From positions 1,824,001 through 1,888,000 of the forward strand of contig OY970364.1 of the NCBI GenBank assembly GCA_963718565.1: a stretch of 64,000 nucleotides of DNA. Reading direction: 5' to 3'. Shown piece by piece: positions 41,147-50,904 of the stretch. Below the pieces are notes generated by a model. The model worked only from the letters and a program-made list of their open reading frames with translations, had not been told where the DNA came from and ran no database searches. The stretch is from an uncultured Verrucomicrobiae bacterium. Its GTDB lineage: Bacteria; Chlamydiota; Chlamydiia; Chlamydiales; Rhabdochlamydiaceae. Position 1 is the stretch's first letter. Every line of letters begins with the position of its first letter. Both the position numbers and the translations under genes were made by a program.

Positions 41147-42685
41147 ATGAATGAGAACAATTATGTTCATATTGGGAAATTAGCCATTCATCGGTCAAAA
41201 GCCCTTATTTGCATTGTTTATATTTTAATCATGCTCTTGTTTGTCAATGGATTATTCCAGAATCTCGATAAGTCTGTTGACAATCGTATAAAATTCCATG
41301 CAGTTCCTATTGCCATTTCGACCCTTTACCAAGGACATAAACACGATTATCGCGGTTGGCGTTCAACTGAAATTCCATTTCAAAACCTCAATCGGGAATT
41401 ATCCGATGAATTAATTTTCGAGCAAATTCAAACTCCGATAGATAAGAAACAAGGACATTATTATTGGGTTGCGGATGATCGGGGCTATGCAGATTATATC
41501 ATCGCTGCATTTGCTATATTTGGCCCTCATATGAAAAGTTTATATCACTTCTGGTTTGTGATTTTCTTGGTATCGGTGACGTTATTTGTATTCGCTTTCC
41601 ATAGACAAATTTGGGCAATGGCTTTTTTGGCATTATTGCTTCTCGGCATTCACTCTGCATCTATGCTTTTAAAACTTGTCCCTATTTCAGTTGCTATTTA
41701 TGAGCCGAGATATCTTGAAGTTCTCACTTTAGTCTCTATGTGTCACATGATATTTTTTGCAGTATTGTTTGATAAAAAAGATATCAGGAGTCAATTTTTT
41801 GGATTATCAGGACAGTTGTTGATATTTGCTTTTTTATATCATGCGAGATCCTCTCTCGGATGGGAAATCGTGGCTGTCATCGGAATTTCTTCTGGCTTAA
41901 TTATATTGAGGAAAAATTGGAATAGAATAGCATCTGCCTTTACGGTCGTTGGATCATTAGTCTGTACTTTGGTCTTGCTAATCAGTTACAAGCACGCAAC
42001 CTATCACAAGAGCTACTTTGAGGACATGGGCGCAAGAACATTTTGGCATAATGCTATTATGGGATTGAAATTAAAATCTTTACCAAAAAATATGCTCGGT
42101 GATCACTATGTTGCAACATTTGTGATTCAGCATGCTAAGGATTCGAAGCAATGCATGTCATGTATCGAAAATCTTGAACCTCAAGAATTGTTGAACACTT
42201 TAGGAAATTGGGGCGCAGCAGATTGGATAGCTTATGAAAACTGCGCAAGACATTTCTTTTTTTCCATGGTATCACGATATAAATGGGAAACATTGCGCCT
42301 GTATTTATTCAAAAAACCCTTTCAAGTTTTGATCGATTTAGGATCTGCTAAAACAGATCTTTATCAGGACGAGAAGAAGGAACTTACTCCAAAAACATCT
42401 TTGCCATGGAATCCATTTCATTTGTTTTATTTAATGATGTTTGGTTTTATATCATTTTTTTCTGTTCAATCTATTTATCTTTATCGACGCCAACTCTTAG
42501 GAATTACACTCGTTGTGTTTGTGACCGGCATGATTCCATCAGTATGTTTCTATTCTGATATTTTAACGCGCGGTGGACTGTCTGCCACGATGTTAATTTT
42601 GCTATACCTTATGATCGCCATCTGCTGGACCAAAATGTATCATTGGATCAAGAGAATACGCCAAACAATGACTATACCGAAATGA
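41147..42685 (+). CDS. Polytopic membrane protein, candidate GT-C transferase
   Basis: About 10 TM segments, acidic WVADDRG motif in the first large loop, RTFWH; AT-rich. Confidence 0.45.
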   Translation: MNENNYVHIGKLAIHRSKALICIVYILIMLLFVNGLFQNLDKSVDNRIKFHAVPIAISTLYQGHKHDYRGWRSTEIPFQNLNRELSDELIFEQIQTPIDKKQGHYYWVADDRGYADYIIAAFAIFGPHMKSLYHFWFVIFLVSVTLFVFAFHRQIWAMAFLALLLLGIHSASMLLKLVPISVAIYEPRYLEVLTLVSMCHMIFFAVLFDKKDIRSQFFGLSGQLLIFAFLYHARSSLGWEIVAVIGISSGLIILRKNWNRIASAFTVVGSLVCTLVLLISYKHATYHKSYFEDMGARTFWHNAIMGLKLKSLPKNMLGDHYVATFVIQHAKDSKQCMSCIENLEPQELLNTLGNWGAADWIAYENCARHFFFSMVSRYKWETLRLYLFKKPFQVLIDLGSAKTDLYQDEKKELTPKTSLPWNPFHLFYLMMFGFISFFSVQSIYLYRRQLLGITLVVFVTGMIPSVCFYSDILTRGGLSATMLILLYLMIAICWTKMYHWIKRIRQTMTIPK

Positions 42686-42699
42686 ACTCAAGAGCCTTG

Positions 42700-43413
42700 C
42701 CAAATTCCCAAATCTTGGCTTCAGAGAGATGATTGGCTCAACCGGCTTGAAGAACATATGGGGAAAAAGTACCGAAAAAAGAAGGGGCTTAACCAACTGC
42801 TGAATAGCTTAAGGGTTGAAGACAAACAGCTGCGACAGCAATGCATTGAAGCGGGATTGGTTGGTTTTATCAGCTTGGAAGCATGTTGGTAAGGCAGAGG
42901 TGCATGAACTATATGACCAACTGGTTGTAATGAAAAGCACAAGCCCAGGGATTAATGAAGTCATTGCTTCATTTTCCAAATACCGCGAAGAAATGCTAAA
43001 AGCGCTTGATCATCCCGGCCTTCCCCTGCACAATAATGACAGTGAGCAAGATATCCGAGGTGTGGCAAACGAAGAAATATCTCTGGCACTACCAAAAGCG
43101 TAGAGGGCAGACAATTTCGAGACGGCCTATTGACGCTCAAGCAGACATGCGCCAGACTTGGCGTGAGCTTTTGGGAGTATTTGAGTCGGTGGTTTCGAGG
43201 GGATCCGATCGATTTAGCACAATTTGCTCATGAGCGTTATCAAACAGCCTCTCCGGCCACACCTTGACTGGTAGCACGTACATTAACTTCCTTGAAGACT
43301 CTGGCAAAAGTTGAAGACCATTTCGATCCGTGCCCAATCAAGATCGATAAGTGGTAAGTTTGGCATGGATCAAAATGGTCTTCAACTTTTGCCATGAGTT
43401 TTTAAGGACGTAC
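42700..43413 (+). pseudogene. IS66-family transposase remnant (C-terminal part, frameshifted); boundaries approximate
   Basis: LPLHNNDSEQDIRG, then in a shifted frame GTTKSVEGRQFRDGLLTLKQTCARLGVSFWEYL to TGA 43265-43267. Confidence 0.72.
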
Positions 43414-43427
43414 CTGTTGACTGGGTT

Positions 43428-44150
43428 TCATAATCTATTGATTAAGCGCAGTGCTATCAACTTGAGCATAGTAAGCCCCAAACTCCATAACACACGAGGC
43501 CGCATCACCCCTGAACTGGCATCCGGGGTAGGCGTTAGCTCAACGGGCACTTCATAAAAACGATCGTGTCTTAAGAGCAAACGACTCAAGGTCTCCATGT
43601 GATACCCATAACCTGTATTTTTTATGTTGAGCTTTCTCGTTTCATCCACAGGAAAAACAAACAAACTATGCGCGTCGCGGATTCTCTTCCCCACGAGAAG
43701 GCACACATATGCCGTTGCAATTTTCGAAAGGATAAACCGTAATTTGGTCCTTTGTTTCATCGCACCTCGAAAGGAAATCACTAATGGAGTTTTTCCAACC
43801 GCTGCAAATAACCCTCTTATGCCATCACCTGTGTAGGCATTATCCCCGGGGATAAGACAAATATAAGAAAATTGAGCGCGTTCTAAAAAAAGACGAAATG
43901 CAGACCCTACGCCCTGATTAATCTCCATGCGTATTACATGAATTTCTGATCCCAATCGATGGCCAGCATCTAAAGCGGATGCATAGGTGTTATCGCTTGA
44001 TCCATCATCAATGACGAAGATCTCAAATCGATCTAAGGTTTCCTGCGCAATCTTATAGACTGAAAATAAAGTGTTTTGGACCTTTCCTGCTTCATTAAAG
44101 GCGGGTATTCCAATGGAAAGACATTTTCCAGTTTCTTTTGGTGCTGTCAT
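43428..44150 (-). CDS. GT2, polyprenol-phosphate glycosyltransferase (DPM1-like)
   Basis: IPAFNE, IDDGSSDNT, NQGVG, PGDN, YHMETL. Confidence 0.8.
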   Translation of the reverse strand: MTAPKETGKCLSIGIPAFNEAGKVQNTLFSVYKIAQETLDRFEIFVIDDGSSDNTYASALDAGHRLGSEIHVIRMEINQGVGSAFRLFLERAQFSYICLIPGDNAYTGDGIRGLFAAVGKTPLVISFRGAMKQRTKLRFILSKIATAYVCLLVGKRIRDAHSLFVFPVDETRKLNIKNTGYGYHMETLSRLLLRHDRFYEVPVELTPTPDASSGVMRPRVLWSLGLTMLKLIALRLINRL

Positions 44151-44671
44151 TTTACCTTCTCCGTCATAATATTGCGGGTTTCGCAGGAAGCATAGATGGC
44201 TTTAGTGTCGATGTTAAAGAATTTTCTCAAAGCGATAAAGATCATCGCGGTTCTTTCTCCTTTTCGTGTCATGAAGTAACGATTTTTTTCAACAGAAACT
44301 CTTTCCATTTTTTCCAATAGAGACATCCTTGCTGCGAAAGTAGGAAAGGTCACTAAGACACAGAGCTCATCTATTGAAATTGTTCCTCCGTGCAATTGCG
44401 CTTCACACAGCATTCTCAAAGTTAACGATTTGTAAATCGTGCCGAATACGAACAGGTAAGAGGAAGTGCAAAATGCCAAGATTGAGAATGCTATCCAAAG
44501 TTCAAATTCGATCATCGCGCTTGCGGTGCGTAGCAAGATCAAACTGAATAGAGCAGAAGCAGCATGGATCAACACAGGGGCTATTTTTTTCAAACATTTC
44601 ATCGCAATGATCACACTTAAGAAATGCAAAAAAGAAAATCCTATTCCCCAGAAGAAGGGCTGACTCATCAT
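44147..44671 (-). CDS. Hypothetical membrane protein (3 TM plus winged-helix-like C-terminus)
   Basis: Three hydrophobic segments, then SLTLRML...RMSLL...YFMTRKG. Confidence 0.55.
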   Translation of the reverse strand: MMSQPFFWGIGFSFLHFLSVIIAMKCLKKIAPVLIHAASALFSLILLRTASAMIEFELWIAFSILAFCTSSYLFVFGTIYKSLTLRMLCEAQLHGGTISIDELCVLVTFPTFAARMSLLEKMERVSVEKNRYFMTRKGERTAMIFIALRKFFNIDTKAIYASCETRNIMTEKVK

Positions 44672-45165
44672 TTTACTCCAAATATGTTCCTAAAAAACCT
44701 AGCGATGATCGCTAAATACAGGCCCATTCGAGAAATCACTAATCGATCGTCATTTATCGCAGCTAAACGGAATTTCATCAAGACATCGACGCGGTCCCGT
44801 GTCAAATGTGTTGTCCCATGTGGGCCTGCGTGTAGCTTTTGCCACTGGCCTGCATCGACAGAATCATTGTGTTCATACAAAGAAATCAACATGCATAGAG
44901 TATAGCCCCAACACAAAACAGACCAGACCATAAACCCAAAAATCAAGCACGAAATTATCCATAATAATCCTGCTACCCAGTCCCAAACAGAGATCATGTC
45001 AAAAAAAATGCCTTTGGCGGTACACCATGCTCCCAGAATGAGCAAGGATGCGCATTTGAATCTCAGTCCGGGCTGGATGATCTTAAACGGAGTCTTGGCC
45101 AAAATCCAAAGGAAGAAGGGCAAGCTGGCAACCAGTAGAATAGATAAACAAATACTGAATTTCAT
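44668..45165 (-). CDS. Hypothetical membrane protein (3 TM plus winged-helix-like C-terminus)
   Basis: Same architecture as its neighbour: GYTLCML...RVDVL...ISRMG. Confidence 0.55.
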   Translation of the reverse strand: MKFSICLSILLVASLPFFLWILAKTPFKIIQPGLRFKCASLLILGAWCTAKGIFFDMISVWDWVAGLLWIISCLIFGFMVWSVLCWGYTLCMLISLYEHNDSVDAGQWQKLHAGPHGTTHLTRDRVDVLMKFRLAAINDDRLVISRMGLYLAIIARFFRNIFGVK

Positions 45166-46160
45166 GGAGCAAGGCTTTCCTTATTGAGAGAGGTTAATAT
45201 TTCATGATTTTTGCGATATCCAAGGATCCAACATATTCCGCCCAATAATGCGATAGCGAGTACCGACATGCCGATTGTCAGTGAAATAATTACAGACGTC
45301 GCCGCTTGGATGCCAAACAGACCGAAGGCCATGGTCAACGATGCTTCTCGTACGCCCCAGCCTGCAATAGAAAATGGCATATAGCTGACAAAGAGGGCTG
45401 GAGGAACTGCGAGGATACAGGTCAGAATGGTGAGCTTCTCAGGGCATAAAATATGCCCGATGGTGTAAGCTTGAATGACAACTAAGCCGTGATTGAGAAG
45501 ACTCGAGCCAACTAGAAGAAACGATTGCATCCCATTATGCCTGCTGAGGGAATCGCGCGCTTGAGCAACCCAACGCAATAAACCAGTTGACCAGGAAGGA
45601 AAATGGGATGTCGATTTCACTAGGAATTGTGTGATCCCTAAACGGGTCCGCATGACCAAAAGCCAAAGAACGGTCCCTGCAAAGACGATAGGAAGGGCCA
45701 GCGAGATCATCGGCGTATTCGGTTCTTGCTTGAGGATAAAGCAATGCCAAAGACTACCTATGCAAGCAATCGTAAGCCCTATAAGTCCATAAATCCGATC
45801 AAAAAAAATGACTTTCATCGCTGAATTCGAAACCACCCCACGCTTGACAATCCACCATACTCTAAAAGCATCTCCTCCGATAGAAGCGGGTAGCCCTTGG
45901 GAAAAAAAGAAACTGATGAGAATTCCTACTGCAGCATCGGTAAATGGCACCTTTACTTTGGCGGCAAGAATCATTAAATAACTCCACCGATAGGCGAGGA
46001 TCAACACTTGCAGCATTACTGTAAAAAGGAGAAATAAAAAGACTTTCGGCTTTAGCAAAGAAAATGCCTGTTGGTATTCAGCCACAGAAACTTGCCTTAG
46101 GGCGAAGTAAAGCACCGTTACCGTGATCGCCAATTTGACAAAGAAAAGCAATGCTTTCAT
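45162..46160 (-). CDS. Lysylphosphatidylglycerol-synthase TM-domain / flippase-like protein
   Basis: RW...LPASIGGDAFRV, DR..G, PFSIAGWGVRE motifs. Confidence 0.82.
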   Translation of the reverse strand: MKALLFFVKLAITVTVLYFALRQVSVAEYQQAFSLLKPKVFLFLLFTVMLQVLILAYRWSYLMILAAKVKVPFTDAAVGILISFFFSQGLPASIGGDAFRVWWIVKRGVVSNSAMKVIFFDRIYGLIGLTIACIGSLWHCFILKQEPNTPMISLALPIVFAGTVLWLLVMRTRLGITQFLVKSTSHFPSWSTGLLRWVAQARDSLSRHNGMQSFLLVGSSLLNHGLVVIQAYTIGHILCPEKLTILTCILAVPPALFVSYMPFSIAGWGVREASLTMAFGLFGIQAATSVIISLTIGMSVLAIALLGGICWILGYRKNHEILTSLNKESLAP

Positions 46161-46360
46161 TTTACACTCAATTGGAAAAACTGAGTCCTCGAGTGGTACC
46201 CAGTTTATACAATTTAATCATGCTTTGAAAACATAAATCTCGACTTTGCAACTTTTTAGGCCCGAAGGCACGGATCCTTAAACTCATGCATTTTTGATTT
46301 TTTTGATGAGTTTTTTCGAAAATTTTGACATACTCCCATGCTAATAAAAAGTAGATTAAG

Positions 46361-47032
46361 ATGGCCTGTATAGACTTTATGTCCGCTTTGCATACAAGCA
46401 CAAAGCGAGACTATTTGGCACGCGTTAATGATCCGGATTATCCCAAGGCAAAAGCAGCCGAGTTAGCAAAACAGTGGAGCTATGACTATTGGGACGGAGA
46501 TCGGCGCATTTGCTATGGGGGGTATAAGTATATAGAAGGGAGATGGGAGAAAGTAGCTAGAGCCCTGGCGGATCATTATCATCTCAAAAGCGGAGATAAG
46601 ATTCTCGATGTGGGCTGTGGCAAGGGTTTTCTGCTCTACGACTTTATTAAGATCGTCCCTGGATTAGAGGTCTATGGAGTTGATATTTCTGATTACGCCA
46701 TTGCAAGCGCTAAAGAAGAAATAAAAGACCGGCTGAAAGTCGGTAATGCCATTGCATTGCCTTATCCTGACAATGATTTTGACCTTGTCGTTTCCATCAC
46801 GACTTTGCATAACCTGCATAACTATGATCTTGAAAAAGCCTTAAGAGAAATTGAGCGTGTAGGGAAAAAAAACAAATACGTCTGTGTCGAGTCTTATCGC
46901 AATGAACGTGAAAAGGCAAATCTCTTATATTGGCAAGTGACCTGCGAGGCGTTTTGCACCCCGGATGAATGGAACTGGTGGTTCAAACACACAGGATATA
47001 CTGGAGACTATTCGTTCATTTATTTTGAATAA
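46361..47032 (+). CDS. Class I SAM-dependent methyltransferase
   Basis: DYWDGDRRICYGGY, ILDVGCGKGFL, TLHNL. Confidence 0.87.
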   Translation: MACIDFMSALHTSTKRDYLARVNDPDYPKAKAAELAKQWSYDYWDGDRRICYGGYKYIEGRWEKVARALADHYHLKSGDKILDVGCGKGFLLYDFIKIVPGLEVYGVDISDYAIASAKEEIKDRLKVGNAIALPYPDNDFDLVVSITTLHNLHNYDLEKALREIERVGKKNKYVCVESYRNEREKANLLYWQVTCEAFCTPDEWNWWFKHTGYTGDYSFIYFE

Positions 47033-47037
47033 TCTGT

Positions 47038-48090
47038 ATGAAGATTCCTAAAAAAACTCAAGCCGCTATCCTAGTAAATCTCAGATCGCCTCTAGTTGTC
47101 GATGAAGTTGGTATGCCCAAGTCTTTAGGAGTTGGACATGTGCTTGTCAAGGTGCATTTTAGCGGGATTTGCGGGTCTCAGCTTGGTGAAATCGATGGAG
47201 TAAAAGGAGACGATCCCTTTCTCCCGCATTTATTGGGCCACGAGGCGTCGGGGGAAGTGGTGGCCATTGGCCCAGGTGTTTCCCATGTTCAAGCCGGCGA
47301 CACCGTGGTGATGCATTGGAGAAAAGGATTGGGGATTGAAGCGAAGCCGCCTGTCTATAGTTGGCAAGGAAAAAAATTGAACGCCGGTTGTATTACGACG
47401 TTCAATGAATATGCAATTGTCTCAGAAAATCGATTGACGCCTATTCCCAAGGGAGCTGATCTGCAAGTTGCCGCTTTATTTGGTTGCGCTGTGACGACAG
47501 GGTTTGGCGTGATCGTCAATAATGCCAAACTGAAGATTGGCGAGTCGATCGTTGTTTTTGGCGCTGGGGGCGTTGGATTAAATATTGTCCAAGCAGCAGC
47601 ATTAGTTTCTGCATACCCGATCATTGCGGTTGACCGCTTTGCATCGCGTCTTAATCTTGCACAAAGAGTTGGGGCTACTCATCTGATTAACACATGCGAG
47701 CAGGAAGCGGGTGAGCTCATTTGCCGGTTTACTGAGGGACGCGGAGTCGATTGCTTTGTCGATAATACAGGAAATCCCAAAATCATTAGCCTCGGATATC
47801 AGTTGGTAAAGTCTCAAGGCCGGGTCGTCTTGGTCGGCGTTCCCGCTAAAGGAAATGACATTTCATTGTATTCTTTGCCTTTGCATTTTGGAAAAGAGAT
47901 CACAGGTTCCCACGGAGGTGAAACTGAGCCTCATCTGGACATCCCTCGTTATCATGCGCTCTTCCACGCCGGACGCATCAAGTTAAAGGAATTTGTGACT
48001 GATATATTTACATTGAAAGAAATTAATCAAGCGATAGAATCAATGCGCGATGGAACTGCAGCAGGGCGCTGCCTAGTTACAATGGAATAA
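47038..48090 (+). CDS. Zn-dependent alcohol dehydrogenase (MDR family)
   Basis: SGICGSQ, LGHEASG, GCAVTTG, GAGGVG. Confidence 0.9.
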   Translation: MKIPKKTQAAILVNLRSPLVVDEVGMPKSLGVGHVLVKVHFSGICGSQLGEIDGVKGDDPFLPHLLGHEASGEVVAIGPGVSHVQAGDTVVMHWRKGLGIEAKPPVYSWQGKKLNAGCITTFNEYAIVSENRLTPIPKGADLQVAALFGCAVTTGFGVIVNNAKLKIGESIVVFGAGGVGLNIVQAAALVSAYPIIAVDRFASRLNLAQRVGATHLINTCEQEAGELICRFTEGRGVDCFVDNTGNPKIISLGYQLVKSQGRVVLVGVPAKGNDISLYSLPLHFGKEITGSHGGETEPHLDIPRYHALFHAGRIKLKEFVTDIFTLKEINQAIESMRDGTAAGRCLVTME

Positions 48091-48849
48091 ATGAATATGC
48101 AAGGGATCAAGAAAAAAGTTTTTGGCGATTTGGGATATTCAGCTGACATGAGGCTTGAAGCCTTCGAGTTGGAAGTTTTTCGGCAACTCGTTCGAGATCA
48201 TTGGCTGAAAGTCATCGATGGGGTGCATCCTGAGTTAACTAAGGAAGCACAAACGATTGGAATAGACAAGTATCATCAAATCTCGGACCGGATGAATCAT
48301 AGTCGCCTATGGACAAAGACCCATCGGATCTTACCTCAAAGTTCAGTAGACAAAATCAAGTCCTTGCCTTTTATTGCAAAGCTTCAAGAAGAGTTTGGGC
48401 CATTTTCAATCTCAGACATTTATGATACCAAGCAACATTTTGGCCAGCAGGAGATTTACTGGCGTTTGGTCAGACCTAATCAGCCGGGCGACGTGGGTTC
48501 TTTACACCGCGATAGTTGGTTTCATGATTCCTTTAATGAGGGATATGGGATGTTTCCAGAAGGAACTGTCACTATAAAAGTATGGATACCGATCTATTGC
48601 GAGCCCGGTAAAAGTGGATTGGCTATTGTAGCGGGATCGCATTTGCGGCAATGGAACTATCATCTTGAGATGCACAATGGCTCTGCAAAACCCATCCTCG
48701 ATGAAGATCTTTCAACGGTCGATGCCAAACTGATTCCTACAGAAGCTGGAAACATGCTCATCTTCAATGAAGATGTGCTCCATGGCGGCGTGGTCAACCA
48801 TGGAGAAAAGACACGAGTCAGCGCTGAGATCACGATGGTTCTCTCTTGA
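48091..48849 (+). CDS. 2-oxoglutarate/Fe(II) dioxygenase (PhyH-like)
   Basis: LHRDSW (HxD), KVWIPI, VAGSH, LHGG...TRVS. Confidence 0.78.
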   Translation: MNMQGIKKKVFGDLGYSADMRLEAFELEVFRQLVRDHWLKVIDGVHPELTKEAQTIGIDKYHQISDRMNHSRLWTKTHRILPQSSVDKIKSLPFIAKLQEEFGPFSISDIYDTKQHFGQQEIYWRLVRPNQPGDVGSLHRDSWFHDSFNEGYGMFPEGTVTIKVWIPIYCEPGKSGLAIVAGSHLRQWNYHLEMHNGSAKPILDEDLSTVDAKLIPTEAGNMLIFNEDVLHGGVVNHGEKTRVSAEITMVLS

Positions 48850-48871
48850 ATATTGAATCTAAAGGTTAACG

Positions 48872-49612
48872 ATGAATCATTCTATTGTGATCGGCGGGAC
48901 TAAAGGACTTGGCAGAGTCGTAGCAAGGAAACTTGCTGGGCGAGGCGACAAAGTATCCATTTTAGGACGCAATCCCTCTCCGCCTTCGGATTTAGAATTG
49001 GGAAATGTCACATCCTTCACTGCAGATATCTCTAAAAAGGAAATCCTTTTGCAGGCATTGGAGGGCATTATCGAAGCTCAAGGAGAAATTAACTATTGTG
49101 TATTTCTTCAACGGTACCGCGGTCAAAGTGATGATTGGGAAGGAGAATTCCAGACCACCTTGACGGCGACTCGCAATGCCGTCGATTTTTTAGTGCCGCA
49201 CTTTTCAGGTGATGGAGACAAAGGGATTGTGATGGTCAGCTCCATCTTTTCAAAGTTTGTCGGCGATAGTCAGCCCGCAAGTTATCATGTGATGAAAGCG
49301 GGATTGGATCAGCTGATGCGGTATTATGCTGTTCTTCTTGGAAAGAAGAGCATTCGTTCCAATGGCATTACACCATTTACTTTTTTAAAAGAAGAATCTC
49401 GATCTTTTTATTTACAAAATAAACCGTTGATAGAGCTTTATCAAGACATTATCCCTTTACAAAGAATGGGAACAACGGAAGATTCAGCAGATGCGATCGA
49501 ATTCTTGTGCAGCCCTCGAGCAAGTTTTCTTACAGGGCAGAATATTGTTGTAGACGGGGGACTGTCTTTGATCTGGCCTGAAGCATTAGCGCGAAGTTTA
49601 AAAAACTTATAG
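48872..49612 (+). CDS. SDR oxidoreductase
   Basis: GGTKGLG, YHVMK (YxxxK), TGQNIVVDGG. Confidence 0.87.
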   Translation: MNHSIVIGGTKGLGRVVARKLAGRGDKVSILGRNPSPPSDLELGNVTSFTADISKKEILLQALEGIIEAQGEINYCVFLQRYRGQSDDWEGEFQTTLTATRNAVDFLVPHFSGDGDKGIVMVSSIFSKFVGDSQPASYHVMKAGLDQLMRYYAVLLGKKSIRSNGITPFTFLKEESRSFYLQNKPLIELYQDIIPLQRMGTTEDSADAIEFLCSPRASFLTGQNIVVDGGLSLIWPEALARSLKNL

Positions 49613-49620
49613 GATTTTAG

Positions 49621-50904
49621 ATGAAGGTCGAGCTCGTCAAAAAGAGAACCTCCTGTCGATTATGTGATTGTAAAAGACTACAGTTGGTCCTACCCATGAA
49701 GCCATCCCCCATTGGAGATGCGTTTGTCCCCTTTGAAGAAAAAGATAAATTCCAAAATCTCATCCCCTTAGACCTCTATCAGTGTCAAGAATGCGGACAT
49801 GCGCAGAACGTGGATATTGTTAATCCCGAAGAGCTCTTTAGAGATTATCTTTTCACTACCGCGAGTTCCTCAGGATTAGTCAAGCATTTTCAAATCTTTG
49901 CGAGGAATGTTCTTGATCAGTTGGCCATTCCTAAAAATTCTTTAGTTGTAGAAATAGGCAGCAATGACGGGACGTTGTTGCGATTTTTTAAAAACCTTGG
50001 GATGAATGTCGTTGGGGTTGATCCGGCCCGAGAAATTGCGCGTCAAGCAAGTAGTGCTGGCATCCCAACATTGTGCGCATTTTTTTCCTCCGTGGTGGCA
50101 AACGAGGTGCGCAAAGAACATGGCACGGCTCAATTGATCGTGGCCAATAATGTTTATGCGCATATTGACGAGCTTGCTGATATTACAGAGGGCATTGCCT
50201 CATTGTTGGACAACGATGGGGTCTTTGTTTTTGAAGTCTCTTATTTGCTCGATATCATCGATCATTTTGTTTTCGATACGATTTATCACGAGCATCTTTC
50301 CTATCACTCCATAGAGCCTCTTGTGAGATTTTTTCATAGGCATCATTTGGAATTGATCGATGTACAGAAAGTTTCGACAAAAGGCGGTTCTATGCGCTGC
50401 TTTGTTCAAAAATTCAACGGGCCTCGTAACAAATCAGCAACCGTGGATCAATGGATCCATGAAGAAGAGAGCCGTGGTTTGCATCGGCCAGAAATTTTTC
50501 AGCATTATGCCATGCAGATCCAACAACGAAAAGAAGCTTTGGACCATTTTTTAACTGAGGCGCACGATCAGGGAAAGCATGTCGCAGGTTATGGAGCCTC
50601 GACAACTGCGACCACATTGATGTATCAATTTAACTTGGAGAAAAGGTTGGGCTATTTGATCGATGACAACCCTAAAAAACAGGGGATGTTCAGCCCTGGA
50701 TGTCATCTTGAGGTAAAGCCTAGTTCCGTTCTTTACTCCGATCGCCCGGATATTGTCGTCATTTTAGCATGGCAGTACGCGGATCCGATTTTGCAAAAGC
50801 ATGTGCGATTTGTTGAAGAAAATGGAACATTTGTAGTCCCATTGCCCGTATTAAAGATTTTTTCAAAAGTAGAAGCGATGAATGAATACTGTTGCCCAAG
50901 CTAA
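49621..50904 (+). CDS. NDP-sugar C-methyltransferase (TylC3/TcaB9-like)
   Basis: CRLC...CQECGH, VEIGSNDG, ANNVYAH, FDTIYHEHLSY, GGSMR, YGA, DDNPKKQG, LAW. Confidence 0.88.
   Translation: MKVELVKKRTSCRLCDCKRLQLVLPMKPSPIGDAFVPFEEKDKFQNLIPLDLYQCQECGHAQNVDIVNPEELFRDYLFTTASSSGLVKHFQIFARNVLDQLAIPKNSLVVEIGSNDGTLLRFFKNLGMNVVGVDPAREIARQASSAGIPTLCAFFSSVVANEVRKEHGTAQLIVANNVYAHIDELADITEGIASLLDNDGVFVFEVSYLLDIIDHFVFDTIYHEHLSYHSIEPLVRFFHRHHLELIDVQKVSTKGGSMRCFVQKFNGPRNKSATVDQWIHEEESRGLHRPEIFQHYAMQIQQRKEALDHFLTEAHDQGKHVAGYGASTTATTLMYQFNLEKRLGYLIDDNPKKQGMFSPGCHLEVKPSSVLYSDRPDIVVILAWQYADPILQKHVRFVEENGTFVVPLPVLKIFSKVEAMNEYCCPS

Noticed and set aside
40807..41154. Functional Cas12f/TnpB nuclease
   Set aside because: Only the C-terminal part is present; RuvC-I and the N-terminal domains are missing and there is no array.
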